Source: an uncultured Candidatus Saccharibacteria bacterium (GTDB taxonomy: Bacteria; Patescibacteriota; Minisyncoccia; Phycocordibacterales; SBAW01). Taken from it: a stretch of DNA of 64,000 bases. The DNA lies in NCBI GenBank assembly GCA_964349675.1, contig CAYGHD010000001.1, forward strand, positions 2,273 to 66,272, given 5' to 3'. Both the position numbers and the translations under genes were made by a program. The notes beneath the pieces were generated by a model. That model was not told the DNA's origin and searched no databases. It saw only the letters and a program-made list of their open reading frames with translations. Positions 27,505 to 37,001 of this stretch are shown here, in pieces. Numbering within the stretch: the stretch's first letter is position 1; every line of letters starts with the position of its first letter.

Positions 27505-28199
27505 CGTTTGAAAACGTTAAACCAAAGTATGAACCAGAGTGCTGCCAACCCATCTTTCCAAGTTATTTTCTTCCCTTCCTCATAGGTGCGTCCATGGTAC
27601 GAAATACTTACCTCATAGACTCGGCATTTTTGCCGAGCAACACGGGCGGTGAGCTCTACTTCAATGCCAAAGCGTTTTGCAGATAAGCGGGGAAGTATCG
27701 CGTGCCCAATTTTTTTGCTGAATACCTTATATCCGACCTCTATATCTGAAAGGTTGAGATTGGTAAAAATATTTGAAAGGAAGGTGATGAGGCGATTTGC
27801 AAGATAATGATGGAAATTAAACACCCGATGCGGCTTATCTCCTAAAAAGCGAGACCCGTACACAACATCAGCATCCCCGTTTAAAATCGGTGCAAGCAGA
27901 TCTGGGTAATCGTCAGGGCTGTATTCTAAATCAGCGTCTTGAATAATCCATAAGTCTCCAGATGCATGGCGCATACCCGAAATGACTGCAGCGCCTTTGC
28001 CTTGGTTATGTGTGTGAGTGACCACAACAACATCTGGAAGTGTTTTGGCGATCTCAAGGGTTCGGTCGCTCGAGCAGTCGTCGATGAGGATAACTTCTTT
28101 GGTTACCTCCCCAAGCGGTACGGCTTGGACGTGGCGGACAACCTCGGCGATTGTTTTTTCCTCGTTGTAACAGGGGATGATGACAGAAAGTGTTTTCAT
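27501..28199 (-). CDS. GT2 polyprenyl-phosphate sugar synthase-like glycosyltransferase (GtrB/DPM1/ArnC-like)
   Basis: MKTLSVIIPCYNEEKTIAEVVRHV ... LIDDCSSDRT ... IQDADLEY: the canonical GT2 motifs; 232 aa. Confidence 0.7.
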   Translation of the reverse strand: MKTLSVIIPCYNEEKTIAEVVRHVQAVPLGEVTKEVILIDDCSSDRTLEIAKTLPDVVVVTHTHNQGKGAAVISGMRHASGDLWIIQDADLEYSPDDYPDLLAPILNGDADVVYGSRFLGDKPHRVFNFHHYLANRLITFLSNIFTNLNLSDIEVGYKVFSKKIGHAILPRLSAKRFGIEVELTARVARQKCRVYEVSISYHGRTYEEGKKITWKDGLAALWFILWFNVFKR

Positions 28200-28299
28200 A
28201 CAAGGCTACATCCCGCATGTGGAAACGTTGTGCCCCAATTATACACGGGGGCTCAGTGGGGGTCTACTGGGGTTATGGTGTATAGTGACTCACATCTCT
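28200..28299. promoter_or_regulatory. Divergent intergenic region between the GT2 (-) and GT4 (+) genes
   Basis: 100-bp non-coding gap between two start codons on opposite strands; promoter elements were not confidently assigned. Confidence 0.3.
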
Positions 28300-29427
28300 A
28301 TGCAGTGGTATTACGTTGCGAATGCGCGCATGCCGTCGGAAAAAGCGCACGGTATACAAATAGCAAAAATGTGTGAAGCACTTGTTGAGGCGGGTGTTGC
28401 GGTGGTGTTGGTAGTGCCTTGGCGTTTTGGAGAGAAAACGACGCTCAAAACATTCTACGGACTCCGAGTCGATGTTCCCATCATCCGCCTACCAAGTATT
28501 GATTTGTATGCGCGCGGACGCGTTGGATATTATGTGAGCTCTCTGTTTTTCATGATGGTGTCATTTTTGTTTTTATTTAGTAAAAAAATGCGCGGGGAAA
28601 AATGCATCGTATATACCGTCGATCTGGACAATTTTTCATCATCAGGACTCGCGTATCTTGGCCTTCCACTTTTCTCTGAAATGCATGGAGGTAAGCCAGT
28701 TGTACTTGCGCAAAAAGTATTATTTCGCAGTGTGCGCGGGATTATTGCAATAAACAAACATATTATTGCCGAACTGCAAAAAAAGTTTCCTCTGTCTCCT
28801 GCACGATACTTGGTAGAGCCAAACGGAGTCGATGCAACGCAATTTTACCCAAGAGATAAAACTGCCGCTCGGCAGGAACTCACCATCCCCTTCGACCAAG
28901 CGGTGGTTCTCTATACGGGTAGATTTTTTGCGTGGAAGGGCTTGGAGTCTTTGGCGGAGGCAGCAGCACTTACTCCAAACACGAGTTGGTATATTGTGGG
29001 AGGTACTCGAGAGTCATTTTGTCGCGTTATTCATACCGATACAGCGCCCGACAATATGATTTTTATGGGGGACCAACCCTATGCAACTATGCCAACATGG
29101 ATTGCTGCAGCAGATGCGTTGGTGGTGCTTGGAACTAAGCGAGATATGCAGTCATACTGGTATACATCTCCTATGAAATTATTTGAATACTTACTGAGCG
29201 GTCGTCCTATTGTCGCAAGTGCAACGCCCGCGATACAAGAAATTGTTTCTGACCGCGAAGTATTTTTATACGAACCAGATAATGCTCAGGATCTGGCAAG
29301 GCAGATCTCAGCAGCCCTTGCGGAATCTGCTCAGGGGGCAGAGCGCATAGTGCAAGCGGAACGTCTGGGGCGAAATTTTTCGTGGCAAGCAAGAGCTGCG
29401 CGGGTCGCTGCGTTTGTAGGAAAATAA
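28300..29427 (+). CDS. Glycosyltransferase family 4
   Basis: Start at ATG 28300 (MQWYYVANARMPSEKAHGIQIAKMCEAL); C-terminal YTSPMKLFEYLLSGRPIVASATPAIQEIV GT-B motif. Confidence 0.6.
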   Translation: MQWYYVANARMPSEKAHGIQIAKMCEALVEAGVAVVLVVPWRFGEKTTLKTFYGLRVDVPIIRLPSIDLYARGRVGYYVSSLFFMMVSFLFLFSKKMRGEKCIVYTVDLDNFSSSGLAYLGLPLFSEMHGGKPVVLAQKVLFRSVRGIIAINKHIIAELQKKFPLSPARYLVEPNGVDATQFYPRDKTAARQELTIPFDQAVVLYTGRFFAWKGLESLAEAAALTPNTSWYIVGGTRESFCRVIHTDTAPDNMIFMGDQPYATMPTWIAAADALVVLGTKRDMQSYWYTSPMKLFEYLLSGRPIVASATPAIQEIVSDREVFLYEPDNAQDLARQISAALAESAQGAERIVQAERLGRNFSWQARAARVAAFVGK

Positions 29428-29430
29428 GGT

Positions 29431-30312
29431 ATGGAACAGCAAGAAAATACTTGGCTATTGGAAAAACGGAGGAATGACACATCTTCTCATGGTGAAGACG
29501 GTATTATTGAAGCGATATTCGAAGTGATTGGCGGAGGGGCGTGGTGCGTCGAATTGGGGGCGCTTAATGGGACGCATGACAGTAATGTATGGACGCTTAT
29601 CCAGAAAAAAAACTGGAGCGGAGTGTTGCTCGAGGCGGATGCGACGTATTTTGAAAAATTGAAAAAAGCATATGCTGGTAACCCGCGTGCGCATTGCATC
29701 CAATCATTTGTATCGTTTGCTGGAGACTCATCGCTCGATATGTTGTTGGCACAAACGCCAATACCAAAAACGTTCGACCTATTTTCCCTTGATGTGGATG
29801 GAAATGAGTACCATCTTTGGGATTCAATGGAGGCATATCGACCTCGGGTTATGGTGGTGGAGTTTAACCCGTCAATCCCAAACAGTGTGTCTTTTGTGCA
29901 GCCGAAAGATATGTCTGTGTATCAAGGATCGTCCTTGCGTGCACTGGTCGGGCTTGGGCAGCGCAAAGGATATGAGCTGGTGGCGGCAAACGAATTGAAT
30001 GCCTTTTTTGTGTTACGAGAGCTCTTTCCTTTGTTCAATATTGCTGACAATAGCATTGAGGTGCTCCATACAGATACACAGTTTCAAACCATGCTGTACC
30101 AACTTTACGACGGCACGCTTAAAATTGCTGGTAATACTCACTTAATTTGGCATCAGCTACCCATAGCAGAAGAACTGCTCCAAGTGCTACCTAAAGCAAA
30201 ACGTGCCTACCCAGCACGCATCAGTACTTCTGGTTTGATGCGTAGTATAAAATACTATGTGCGCAAATTGCCAGTATACTCAATACTGCAGCGTATCCGG
30301 CGGCAATTTTAG
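29431..30312 (+). CDS. FkbM-family methyltransferase
   Basis: CVELGALNGTHDSNVWTLIQKKNWSGVLLEADATYFEKL resembles the Methyltransf_21 (FkbM) core. Confidence 0.45.
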   Translation: MEQQENTWLLEKRRNDTSSHGEDGIIEAIFEVIGGGAWCVELGALNGTHDSNVWTLIQKKNWSGVLLEADATYFEKLKKAYAGNPRAHCIQSFVSFAGDSSLDMLLAQTPIPKTFDLFSLDVDGNEYHLWDSMEAYRPRVMVVEFNPSIPNSVSFVQPKDMSVYQGSSLRALVGLGQRKGYELVAANELNAFFVLRELFPLFNIADNSIEVLHTDTQFQTMLYQLYDGTLKIAGNTHLIWHQLPIAEELLQVLPKAKRAYPARISTSGLMRSIKYYVRKLPVYSILQRIRRQF

Positions 30313-30326
30313 CAGAGCGTATTTAA

Positions 30327-31022
30327 TTGAAATTTACTATGAAACTGTTTTCATACATTCGTACAAAACTCGGGGTACTCATTGTTCAAATTGTCCGTGC
30401 GCGGCATGGGGTCGTCATTTTTTATGGAGATGCTGTCCGTCGAGAACGGCTCCGGTTTATTGCATCTGTGCGCAATGAGACAAAATTATTGCTTTCAGAC
30501 CACGAGGCGTACCAGATTCTCTCACTAACCTATCAGACAGAAAAAATACCAGGCGCTATTGCCGAGGTGGGCGTGTACCGCGGCGCGTCGGCAAAGCTTA
30601 TCGCGCACGCTGCGGGTAAGCGGGCTGTGTACCTGTTTGACACATTTGACGGGCTCCCTCCACTGGAAGAGATAGATAGGGCGGCTTTTAGCGATGGACA
30701 ATATGGGGCTCGTTTGGAAGAGGTAAGCGCATATTTGTCTGCATATCCAAACAGTAAACTTATTAAAGGAGTATTTCCGCAAACTGCGCAAAGTATCGAG
30801 GGTCAGCAATTTTCATTCGTGCACCTGGATGTTGACTTGTACAAGAGCACAAAAGAGGCGCTCGAATTTTTTTATCCGCGCATGTCAAAAGGTGGAGTGA
30901 TCATTTCGCATGACTACATGACAGCTCCAGGTGTCCGGAAGGCGGTGGATGATTTTATGTCCGACAAGCCGGAAGCAGTGTTTGAATCTTCGTGGCGCCA
31001 ATGTTTTATCGTAAAAGTATGA
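30327..31022 (+). CDS. TylF/MycF-family (macrocin-O-methyltransferase-like) sugar O-methyltransferase
   Basis: GAIAEVGVYRGASAKLIA ... YLFDTFDGLP ... VHLDVDLYKSTKEALEFFYPRMSKGGVIISHDY matches the TylF family pattern. Confidence 0.6.
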   Translation: MKFTMKLFSYIRTKLGVLIVQIVRARHGVVIFYGDAVRRERLRFIASVRNETKLLLSDHEAYQILSLTYQTEKIPGAIAEVGVYRGASAKLIAHAAGKRAVYLFDTFDGLPPLEEIDRAAFSDGQYGARLEEVSAYLSAYPNSKLIKGVFPQTAQSIEGQQFSFVHLDVDLYKSTKEALEFFYPRMSKGGVIISHDYMTAPGVRKAVDDFMSDKPEAVFESSWRQCFIVKV

Positions 31023-32038
31023 AGCAAATAGAGAAAGTGCTCACTTTCCGGGCGGCATCTATCGGTGACTGTATGATGGCGTGCTATATGCTCACGCAGG
31101 TGCATGCGCAGTATCCGCACGCACGTCTAGGTATTGTTGTGTCGATGCGTGGGAGTATGATCCGCTCGCTCTTGCAAGCATATCCAATGATAGAGGTGCA
31201 TGAAGTGCGCTGGTTCGACATCCGAGGACTCGTACAATTATGGAAACGCTTTGCCCGCAGTGATATCGTCCTCACGCAATATGCAGGAAAGCCGGGAGGA
31301 AAGTTTTCTCTGCGAAGTAAAATCGCTGCGCGCTTGCTTGCGAAAAAAGGCGGACTATATGGATTTGCGGATGCATCAGTGCTCACTCGGCTGATATATG
31401 ACTGCGTGTTGCCCTTTGACCCAGAAGCAGCGCCTGCACAAATGGAGCGTGCAGCGCTGCAAGAGATGCATATAGCTATTCACGACAAGTATCCAACGTT
31501 GAAGGGAGGCGAAGTTGGTGCACTTGAAAAGTTTGACCTGTCGCGGGGCTCGTATGTACTTGTGCACCTGTTTTCTGGTAGTGATAAACGAGGCTTGTCC
31601 CCAGACCGCCAGCGTGCGCTGGTGTTGGAGTTGGTAGAAAAAATGCCCGATACAAAAATCGTGCTGACCGGCGCTGCGTCAGAAAAAGAGGCCGCGCTTC
31701 GCGCCGCATTGGGAACAGGGGCATTGACGGTGGCAGGACAGACGACGCTTCAAGAGCTTTTTGTGCTGTTGCAACAGAGTAAGTGTGTGGTTGCGGTAGA
31801 TACGGGTGTGGCGCATATTGCAGCGGCGCTCAAGGTGCCGCTTGTTGTGCTGACGACGTGTCTAGGCAAACAATGGTGGGCGCCTGAGCAGTATGGAGCA
31901 GCAGCGCCCATCACGGTGCGGATACACAGCCACTCGTGTATTCCGCACCACGCGCTCAACGCATATCCTCCCTGCATCAACGAGATAGATTTTTCTGAGG
32001 TGGCTGCTTGCGCAGTAGAGAGAGGCTCGCTACAGTAA
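31019..32038 (+). CDS. Glycosyltransferase family 9 (heptosyltransferase-like)
   Basis: VAVDTGVAHIAAALKVPLVVL is the GT9 DxGxxHLAAA motif; N-terminal RAASIGDCMMA; ATGA overlap with the upstream stop. Confidence 0.65.
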   Translation: MKQIEKVLTFRAASIGDCMMACYMLTQVHAQYPHARLGIVVSMRGSMIRSLLQAYPMIEVHEVRWFDIRGLVQLWKRFARSDIVLTQYAGKPGGKFSLRSKIAARLLAKKGGLYGFADASVLTRLIYDCVLPFDPEAAPAQMERAALQEMHIAIHDKYPTLKGGEVGALEKFDLSRGSYVLVHLFSGSDKRGLSPDRQRALVLELVEKMPDTKIVLTGAASEKEAALRAALGTGALTVAGQTTLQELFVLLQQSKCVVAVDTGVAHIAAALKVPLVVLTTCLGKQWWAPEQYGAAAPITVRIHSHSCIPHHALNAYPPCINEIDFSEVAACAVERGSLQ

Positions 32039-33105
32039 CAGACGTGGTTATTCATTTTTTTACTTTTAGCGATGCTCGCGGTGGATCTTCAAGGCAGCGC
32101 GCATTCCGTGTGGCCGACAAGCTCCGTGAGCGTGGGTTTTCAGTTGTTTTGCATGAGCCGCCGGTACTCTCACTGTCGCGTACTCCTTGGCCGGCAAAAG
32201 GGAAGTTGATTGTTCAAACAATCCGAGCGCTCTTCACTATTCACCATGGAGATATTGTGTACCTGCAACGGGCTATAGCAAATAAATATTTTTTTGTACT
32301 CATGGTGGCGTATCTGCTGGTGACACGTCGACGTATGATTTTTGATTTTGACGATCCTGTGTACTTGCATAGTTTTTTGAAGACAAAAATATTTTCACAG
32401 CTTGCTGACGTGGTGATTGTGTGCACGCACGGTCAAAAAGAGTGGGCGCTCCGCTATAACAAAAAGGTACACATACTACATATCGCGCTCGACCATACAA
32501 TCTATGCGGAACACACGCACCACTATAGAAGCACTCCATCCATTCCAGTTATCGGATGGGTTGGGAGCGGCCCAGAGCATGTGCGTAATTTAGCGATTTT
32601 GGCGGGAGTGTTTCGTAGGCTTCTGAAAGAGCAAATACCGTTTCAGTTCGTGCTTATTGGTGCGGTGGGAAGCCAAAAAGTATACGATGTGTTTTCGATA
32701 CCCGGACTCAATGTCCGATTTGTCGACGCGCTTGATTGGACTGATGAGCATGCGGTGCCGCGAGAGATTCAAAAATTTGACATTGGTGTTATCCCGCACC
32801 AGCATGAGGGTGCCTGGAATGAATCAAAATCTTCTTTTAAAGTGCTCGAGTATATGGCGTGCGGAGTGGCGACCGTATGCAGTCGTTTTGGCGAAATGCC
32901 CTACATTATCGACGAGGGGATGAGCGGTTTTTTACCGCGAAGTGAAGATGAATGGGTCGCGGCACTTAAAAAAGTGCTTGCCGATCCTGCTTTGCGGAGC
33001 CATTTGGGGCAGCGTGGTCAAGAAAAAGTGCGTGCACTCTATTCGTTTGATGCGATAATTCCGCAGCTCGAGAGAATTCTTTTAGAAGTAGGGAAAATTG
33101 ATTAA
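32008..33105 (+). CDS. Glycosyltransferase family 4
   Basis: GVIPHQHEGAWNESKSSFKVLEYMACGVATVCSRFGEMPYII is the E-x7-E GT4 region; the start is uncertain (overlaps the upstream gene). Confidence 0.6.
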   Translation: MRSRERLATVTDVVIHFFTFSDARGGSSRQRAFRVADKLRERGFSVVLHEPPVLSLSRTPWPAKGKLIVQTIRALFTIHHGDIVYLQRAIANKYFFVLMVAYLLVTRRRMIFDFDDPVYLHSFLKTKIFSQLADVVIVCTHGQKEWALRYNKKVHILHIALDHTIYAEHTHHYRSTPSIPVIGWVGSGPEHVRNLAILAGVFRRLLKEQIPFQFVLIGAVGSQKVYDVFSIPGLNVRFVDALDWTDEHAVPREIQKFDIGVIPHQHEGAWNESKSSFKVLEYMACGVATVCSRFGEMPYIIDEGMSGFLPRSEDEWVAALKKVLADPALRSHLGQRGQEKVRALYSFDAIIPQLERILLEVGKID

Positions 33106-34146
33106 ATGCATTCTATAGAGTACCATCGTGCCATGCAGAGCGGCACGATATTGGTATGCGGCGGCGCTGGTTTTATTGGGTCAAATTTTATACGCCATAT
33201 TTTGGCAGCGTACCCTCTGGTGCGCGTGGTATGTATTGATGTGCTCACGTACGCTGGTACAAAAGAGAATCTCGCTGGGTTGCCGAAAGACCGACTTGCG
33301 TTTGTTCAGGGTGACATTTGCGACAAGGCGGTGCTGTCTCGGGTGATAAAAAGATACAAGCCAGTGTATGCGATTAATTTTGCCGCCGAATCGCATGTTG
33401 ACCGGAGTGTCCATACTGGAGCTGCTTTGTTCGCGCGGACAAATGCAGAAGGGGTGGTGGTGTTGCTGGAATGTTTGCGGCAAGAAGCACCGCAATTGAA
33501 GAAATTTGTACAGGTAAGTACCGATGAGGTATATGGCAGCTTGTCGTTGTCGGCAAAGAAAGCGTTTACCGAAAACTCGCCCTTGTCACCGCGTTCGCCG
33601 TACGCTGCTTCAAAAGCTGCAGGGGATTTGCTGGCGCATTCATTTTTTGAAACATATCGCATGCCGGTGGTTATTACCCGTTGTTCAAACAATTATGGTC
33701 CCTATCAGCATCCAGAAAAATTTATTCCTTTTTCGATAGTGCGATTGATGGAGGGGAAGCCAGTCGCGTTGTATGGAGATGGTAAAAACGTGCGCGACTG
33801 GATCCATGTGGCGGATCATTGCAGAGCCCTTGTGCTGGCGCTCCAGAAAGGAATTCCTGGAGAAGTATATAACATTGGTGCCGACACTGAAGTGAGTAAT
33901 CTCGCCCTTGCAAAGGGATTGTTGCGATTTTTTGGCAAAGAAAACCCAGGGCTCCTGTTTATTACAGACCGTCCCGGCCACGATCGGCGGTATGCAATAG
34001 ATGCCTCAAAAATAAAAAAGGAACTTGGTTGGAAATCAAAACACACGCTAAATACATCGTTACCCAAGACGATTTTATGGTATCAGGCGCAAACAGGGTG
34101 GCTTGCACACGTGCGGCGCAAAAGCGCTCTAAACCCACACATATGA
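33106..34146 (+). CDS. rmlB: dTDP-glucose 4,6-dehydratase
   Basis: ILVCGGAGFIGSNFIRHIL; YAASKAAGDLLAHSF (YxxxK); NNYGPYQHPEKFIP: canonical RmlB. Confidence 0.85.
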   Translation: MHSIEYHRAMQSGTILVCGGAGFIGSNFIRHILAAYPLVRVVCIDVLTYAGTKENLAGLPKDRLAFVQGDICDKAVLSRVIKRYKPVYAINFAAESHVDRSVHTGAALFARTNAEGVVVLLECLRQEAPQLKKFVQVSTDEVYGSLSLSAKKAFTENSPLSPRSPYAASKAAGDLLAHSFFETYRMPVVITRCSNNYGPYQHPEKFIPFSIVRLMEGKPVALYGDGKNVRDWIHVADHCRALVLALQKGIPGEVYNIGADTEVSNLALAKGLLRFFGKENPGLLFITDRPGHDRRYAIDASKIKKELGWKSKHTLNTSLPKTILWYQAQTGWLAHVRRKSALNPHI

Positions 34147-34862
34147 AAGGTATTATTTTAGCAGGAGGGCTCGGGACGCGACTTGCGCCGCTCACACAGA
34201 TAACGAACAAGCACTTGCTGCCGGTGTATGACAAGCCTATGATTTTGTATCCACTGGAGACGCTTCGTCGCTCGGGCATTGTGGACATTATGGTGGTGTG
34301 TGGCCGAGAGTACGCGGGACATTTTATGCAGTTTTTGGGATCAGGCAAAGAGTATGGTGTTACGCTTTCGTATGGAGTGCAAGATATAAATAATGGTGGA
34401 ATTGCAGACGCTTTGTCGTATGCAAAAGATTTTGCGGGAGGTGATTCTGTTGCGGTGATTTTGGGAGACAATATTTTTGAAGGGGACTTTAAAAAAGAAG
34501 TAGCTGCATTTAAGGGTGGTGCGGCGCTTTTTTTCAAACAGGTGTCCGACCCAGAACGCTTTGGGGTGCCCGTCTTTTCTGCAGATAAAAAACGAATCCT
34601 ACGTGTCGAAGAAAAGCCAAAAAAACCCAAATCGCGCTACGCGCAGACGGGGTTCTATCTTTTTGACGCAAGCATTTTTTCGGTCATCACAACAATCACT
34701 CCCTCCGCTCGAGGTGAATTGGAGATGACCGATGCAATTAATGCATATGTGCATAAGGGCACCGCGTCGTTTTCATTTGTAAAAGGCGCATGGCTCGATG
34801 CCGGGACGTTCCCTTCATTGCTGCGGGCGGCAAACTTCTTCGCGCGGAAAAAAGCACTATGA
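34143..34862 (+). CDS. rmlA: Glucose-1-phosphate thymidylyltransferase
   Basis: MKGIILAGGLGTRLAPLTQITNKHLLPVYDKPMILYPLETL; ATGA overlap with the rmlB stop. Confidence 0.85.
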   Translation: MKGIILAGGLGTRLAPLTQITNKHLLPVYDKPMILYPLETLRRSGIVDIMVVCGREYAGHFMQFLGSGKEYGVTLSYGVQDINNGGIADALSYAKDFAGGDSVAVILGDNIFEGDFKKEVAAFKGGAALFFKQVSDPERFGVPVFSADKKRILRVEEKPKKPKSRYAQTGFYLFDASIFSVITTITPSARGELEMTDAINAYVHKGTASFSFVKGAWLDAGTFPSLLRAANFFARKKAL

Positions 34863-35431
34863 CCAAAACAGATCTTTTCACCGTACAAGAGCTTGCCTTG
34901 CCTGGGGTGCTTCTTATTACTCCAAAACTCTTTCCTGATGCGCGGGGTTTTGCAGCTGTGACGTATACGACAAAAGATTTTCAGGCAATAGGCATCGCGC
35001 ACCCTTTTGTTCAAGATTTTATGTCGCAATCAAAAAAAGACGTGATTCGAGGATTGCATTTCCAACGCGCGCCGCATGTGCAGCATAAGTTAGTGCATGC
35101 CGTGCAAGGGGTCATTCTTGACGTTGCTGCAGATATAGACCCAGAGTCACCTACGTACGGTACACACGTTTCGGCTCAGCTCACCGGGGATGCGCAAGAG
35201 ATGCTCTATATACCGGGGAAGTATGCGCATGGTTTTTGTGTTATGAGTGATGAGGCGCGAGTCGAATATAAACTAAGTGATACGTATCATCCCGAATGCG
35301 CAGGCGGTGTACGGTTTGACGACCCGCTTTTGGAGATTGTGTGGCCAACCAATATCCCAATTCTTTCAAAACAAGATAATGAATGGGCGCAGCTGGCACT
35401 AGCAAAAAAAGAATCCGCCACACTCAAGTGA
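34859..35431 (+). CDS. rmlC: dTDP-4-dehydrorhamnose 3,5-epimerase
   Basis: LPGVLLITPKLFPDARGFAAVTY ... RGLHFQ, a cupin RmlC; ATGA overlap with the rmlA stop. Confidence 0.8.
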   Translation: MTKTDLFTVQELALPGVLLITPKLFPDARGFAAVTYTTKDFQAIGIAHPFVQDFMSQSKKDVIRGLHFQRAPHVQHKLVHAVQGVILDVAADIDPESPTYGTHVSAQLTGDAQEMLYIPGKYAHGFCVMSDEARVEYKLSDTYHPECAGGVRFDDPLLEIVWPTNIPILSKQDNEWAQLALAKKESATLK

Positions 35432-35447
35432 GTGCGGCGGGTGGCGG

Positions 35448-36080
35448 TTACAGACGATCCAAGTGAGCCAACGCCTCTTCGGGGGTGGGCAGAAGCCCTT
35501 GCGCTTGGTAGGTGAAGATGCGCGTAATTTCGCTGACGAGTAGACTGGCTGGCGTGCCGACCACTTTGCCTTGTGAATGACGCACTGAGGCATTCCAATC
35601 CAGCTCTCCAAGGCGCGGGTGTATGCGCAGCGTCGGATAGTAGATCTGTGCAGCCAACACGGCCGACATGAATGCCCGCATAAGGTGGAAGGGCGGCGCG
35701 ACAATTGCGACGCTTCGCATGTCTTTCTCTTTCGCGAAACGGACCATCGCCTGCATTTCGCTCAAGGTGTGGACGATGCGCTTGCCTCCAACAGTGATGA
35801 ATGAATCGTAAATATAGCGGAAGTTCCGAGGGTCTCTGTCCCGCTCTATCAGCGCTTCTGTCCATACATCGCTACCGGGGTAACCGAAAACCTCTTCGGT
35901 ATTGGGGTACCCAATGAAGCCGATAAGGCCAGACCAATTGAGTGTCTGGTCGAGCACGCTGTCTTGGTTGTCTCTGGTTTGTCCCACCAGATATAACATG
36001 TGGGTGTGGCCAGGGACGTCCTCGACACCCGCCTTCTCCAGTTTCGCGTAGAGTTCGTACAACTTTGCCGGGTTCAGCAT
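35448..36080 (-). CDS. DUF218 (YdcF/ElyC/SanA-like) domain protein
   Basis: SVAIVAPPFHLMRAFMSAVLAA resembles the DUF218 core; GC-rich gene on the opposite strand to its neighbours. Confidence 0.45.
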   Translation of the reverse strand: MLNPAKLYELYAKLEKAGVEDVPGHTHMLYLVGQTRDNQDSVLDQTLNWSGLIGFIGYPNTEEVFGYPGSDVWTEALIERDRDPRNFRYIYDSFITVGGKRIVHTLSEMQAMVRFAKEKDMRSVAIVAPPFHLMRAFMSAVLAAQIYYPTLRIHPRLGELDWNASVRHSQGKVVGTPASLLVSEITRIFTYQAQGLLPTPEEALAHLDRL

Positions 36081-36155
36081 CTCCGAGACCTTTTTCTAAA
36101 TGTACAACGCGTCATTAATGTAACATATAAACTACAGTAGTCAATATGTGCTACT

Positions 36156-36977
36156 ATGATTCCTATGGAAAAATTGCTGCTAACGGGTGCCTATGGAATG
36201 GTCGGTTACTACATCATTGGCGGAATACGGCTCGGCCGAAATGATCTAGACATCACTAGTATAGATTTAGTTAAAAAGGTAGTTGTCGAGCATGCTCCGA
36301 CAATTATCTTGAATTTAGCAGCAGAGACTGATCTTGCGCTCTGTGAACGCGAGCCGGAGACCGCGTATCGTGTGAATGCGATGGGTGCGTATAATCTCGC
36401 GCTTGCTGCGCGAAGTGTGGGAGCAAAACTAGTGCATGTTTCGACATCAGGTGTGTTTGATGGCGAAAAGGAAACGCCGTATGTAGAGTCTGATCATCCA
36501 AATCCAATAAACGTATACGGCCACTCAAAGTATCTGAGTGAGCTGGCGGTATTGGGGGTGTCGGACAAAAATCTCGTCGTCCGCACTTCCTGGGTGTTTG
36601 GTGGCGGGGCAGAGAGAGATAAGAAATTCGTCGGTATGATGATTAAAAAAATCAAAGAAGGCGATGTATCTGCGGTCAGCGACCGATACGGGTCGCCGAC
36701 GTATGCAAAGGATTTGGTGGCAAGGATCTATGAACTTATTGCAGAAGGTGCTTCAGGTGTGCGCCACGTGGCGGGTGCGGGGAGTGTAAGTCGGTTTGAG
36801 GTAGCGCAAGAAATAGCTCGATGCCTACAGTCGCAAGCAAAAGTCACGCCGGTCTCTGCAGAAGTGTTTCCTCAACTGTACCGAAGCGGGCGCAACGAGA
36901 GCATGATTTCCTTGCATATGCGCCCGTGGCAAGAGGCGCTCAAGGAGTATATTGCGCAAGAATGGAAAGAGGTCTAA
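36156..36977 (+). CDS. RmlD-like sugar-nucleotide reductase / NAD(P)-dependent SDR (second paralog)
   Basis: LLLTGAYGMVGYYI ... NPINVYGHSKYLSE (YxxxK) ... RTSWVFGG, resembling the RmlD substrate-binding family. Confidence 0.5.
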   Translation: MIPMEKLLLTGAYGMVGYYIIGGIRLGRNDLDITSIDLVKKVVVEHAPTIILNLAAETDLALCEREPETAYRVNAMGAYNLALAARSVGAKLVHVSTSGVFDGEKETPYVESDHPNPINVYGHSKYLSELAVLGVSDKNLVVRTSWVFGGGAERDKKFVGMMIKKIKEGDVSAVSDRYGSPTYAKDLVARIYELIAEGASGVRHVAGAGSVSRFEVAQEIARCLQSQAKVTPVSAEVFPQLYRSGRNESMISLHMRPWQEALKEYIAQEWKEV

Positions 36978-37001
36978 AAGGGTGGTAGTATTCTTTTTGT
37001 T

